Part shown: piece after piece, positions 62,945 to 64,000 of the stretch | Layout of the letters: each line of letters begins with the position of its first letter | Numbering within the stretch: position 1 is the stretch's first letter | Assembly (NCBI RefSeq): GCF_964355755.1 | Contig: NC_092677.1 | Coordinates: 25,035,175 to 25,099,174, forward strand | Reading direction: 5' to 3' | DNA: 64,000 nt | From: Antedon mediterranea | Lineage: Eukaryota > Animalia > Echinodermata | Program-made: the position numbers and the translations under genes | The notes under the pieces: model-generated | The model's input: only the letters and a program-made list of their open reading frames with translations | Databases searched by the model: none | Told to the model about the DNA's origin: nothing

Positions 62945-64000
62945 CTATAATGTTTTGCAACAATTGTATTTAAATTGTATCAGCCCAGGTATTGTTATTA
63001 CTGGTTTTACTGTAGCTGTACGAAGATAAAATGTTTTCGTAGACCATTTCGTATTGGGGTCCATTGGATCTACCATGGTTCGTTCTGTAAAAGTCATTTC
63101 TCCTTTCTTGTTTATTAAAATTACAGTTGTAGTTCTGTTAGAATAAAATCAATTAGATATAAATTGTTAAAATGTCATAGTCGCATCACCATTTCTTCAT
63201 TTCCCCCCCTAAATTTCATTAAAAATTACAATGAAAAGATAGGATCTAATGTACAGTTCAGTGGTTAATTTCACAATTTTTAGGCCCTCTGTACCTCTAT
63301 TTCAAAATACTGGACCCACCCCTTCATCATCATCACCGTCATCATTATAGTCGTCATTGTCTAATCACGTTGTGACCCTAAATCTACATTTGCATCTTTG
63401 AATTTGTCAATATCACTGTTATTGTCGTCTTGTTATCTTATCATCTGAAATAATCATTTGAAATAATAAATTTGAAAATAATGTTTTTAATTAATTAATC
63501 TAAAAAAATTAAAAGTTTTTGTTCTATTGTAGTAATAGAATTGATAGTACCTTGTGCCATAATCCGGTGATTTGAAGAAAGCTGCTTCTGGGACTAAGAG
63601 TGAATCCTCAAATGAAATACCTTCTGGAATTTCCCATTCTCTGTAAGCAATCAAGTTTGTTAGTGCACGATTAAGTCGCCGGACTAATTGAATGAACCTC
63701 TGACTGGTGCCATTGTTAGTTACGGTACTTAATCTATTCAAGTACAGTAGTTTTAAATTTTAACCTGCAATCTTTTGTTTTCACGCGGCTACACACGCGT
63801 GAAGCGTCATGAAAAGGAAACATTGGCGGCAGATTCAATTTTTGGCATCAAACCGTGCCGAAAAAAGAATATATCCAAATAAATAAATTTACTGTACCCT
63901 TCTTTTCTTGATGCATATTTGAGTAGTGTTTGTGTTAGTTCATCCGTACTCATAGTCTGGTTTTTTTTCATCAACTCTTCCAGATATTTTTTACCATTCG
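62945..64000 (-). CDS. TANGO2: TANGO2 (NRDE family) homolog, last three exons; 5' part outside the window
   Basis: Minus-strand exons >64000-63898, 63640-63551 and 63134-62945 splice in phase to NGKKYLEELMKK...LTQTLLKY...AAFFKSPDYGTRTTTVILINKKGEMTFTERTM...W.TKTF. This matches the TANGO2 C-terminus YGTRTNTIILVD..G.VTFTERSM. Confidence 0.9.

Overview
AT-rich, intron-containing animal genomic DNA. It is probably a marine invertebrate and possibly an echinoderm-like deuterostome (inference from a Deu-type SINE and abundant TAGGCCTA motifs). Genes were assembled by hand from splice sites. They are: two tandem SAMHD1-family HD-domain dNTP triphosphohydrolases (854-9844 and 25400-34026, +); two tandem paralogous C2H2 zinc-finger genes (37772-41887 and 44005-47531, +); a 2-exon 282-aa gene of unrecognised family (48173-49469, +); and the last three exons of a TANGO2-like gene (62945-64000, -). 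The rest is dense with non-autonomous DNA transposons (MULE-, Academ-, Merlin-, Harbinger- and Crypton-like), LINE fragments, SINEs and minisatellites. The most unusual feature is the second SAMHD1. It has no SAM domain and no C-terminal CDK site, and it carries five tandemly duplicated, frame-preserving micro-exons inside the HD domain, a possible combinatorial isoform cassette. Both SAMHD1 copies also have Cys at the active-site position equivalent to human Tyr374. No computation or database search was run, so family assignments rest on motif recognition.
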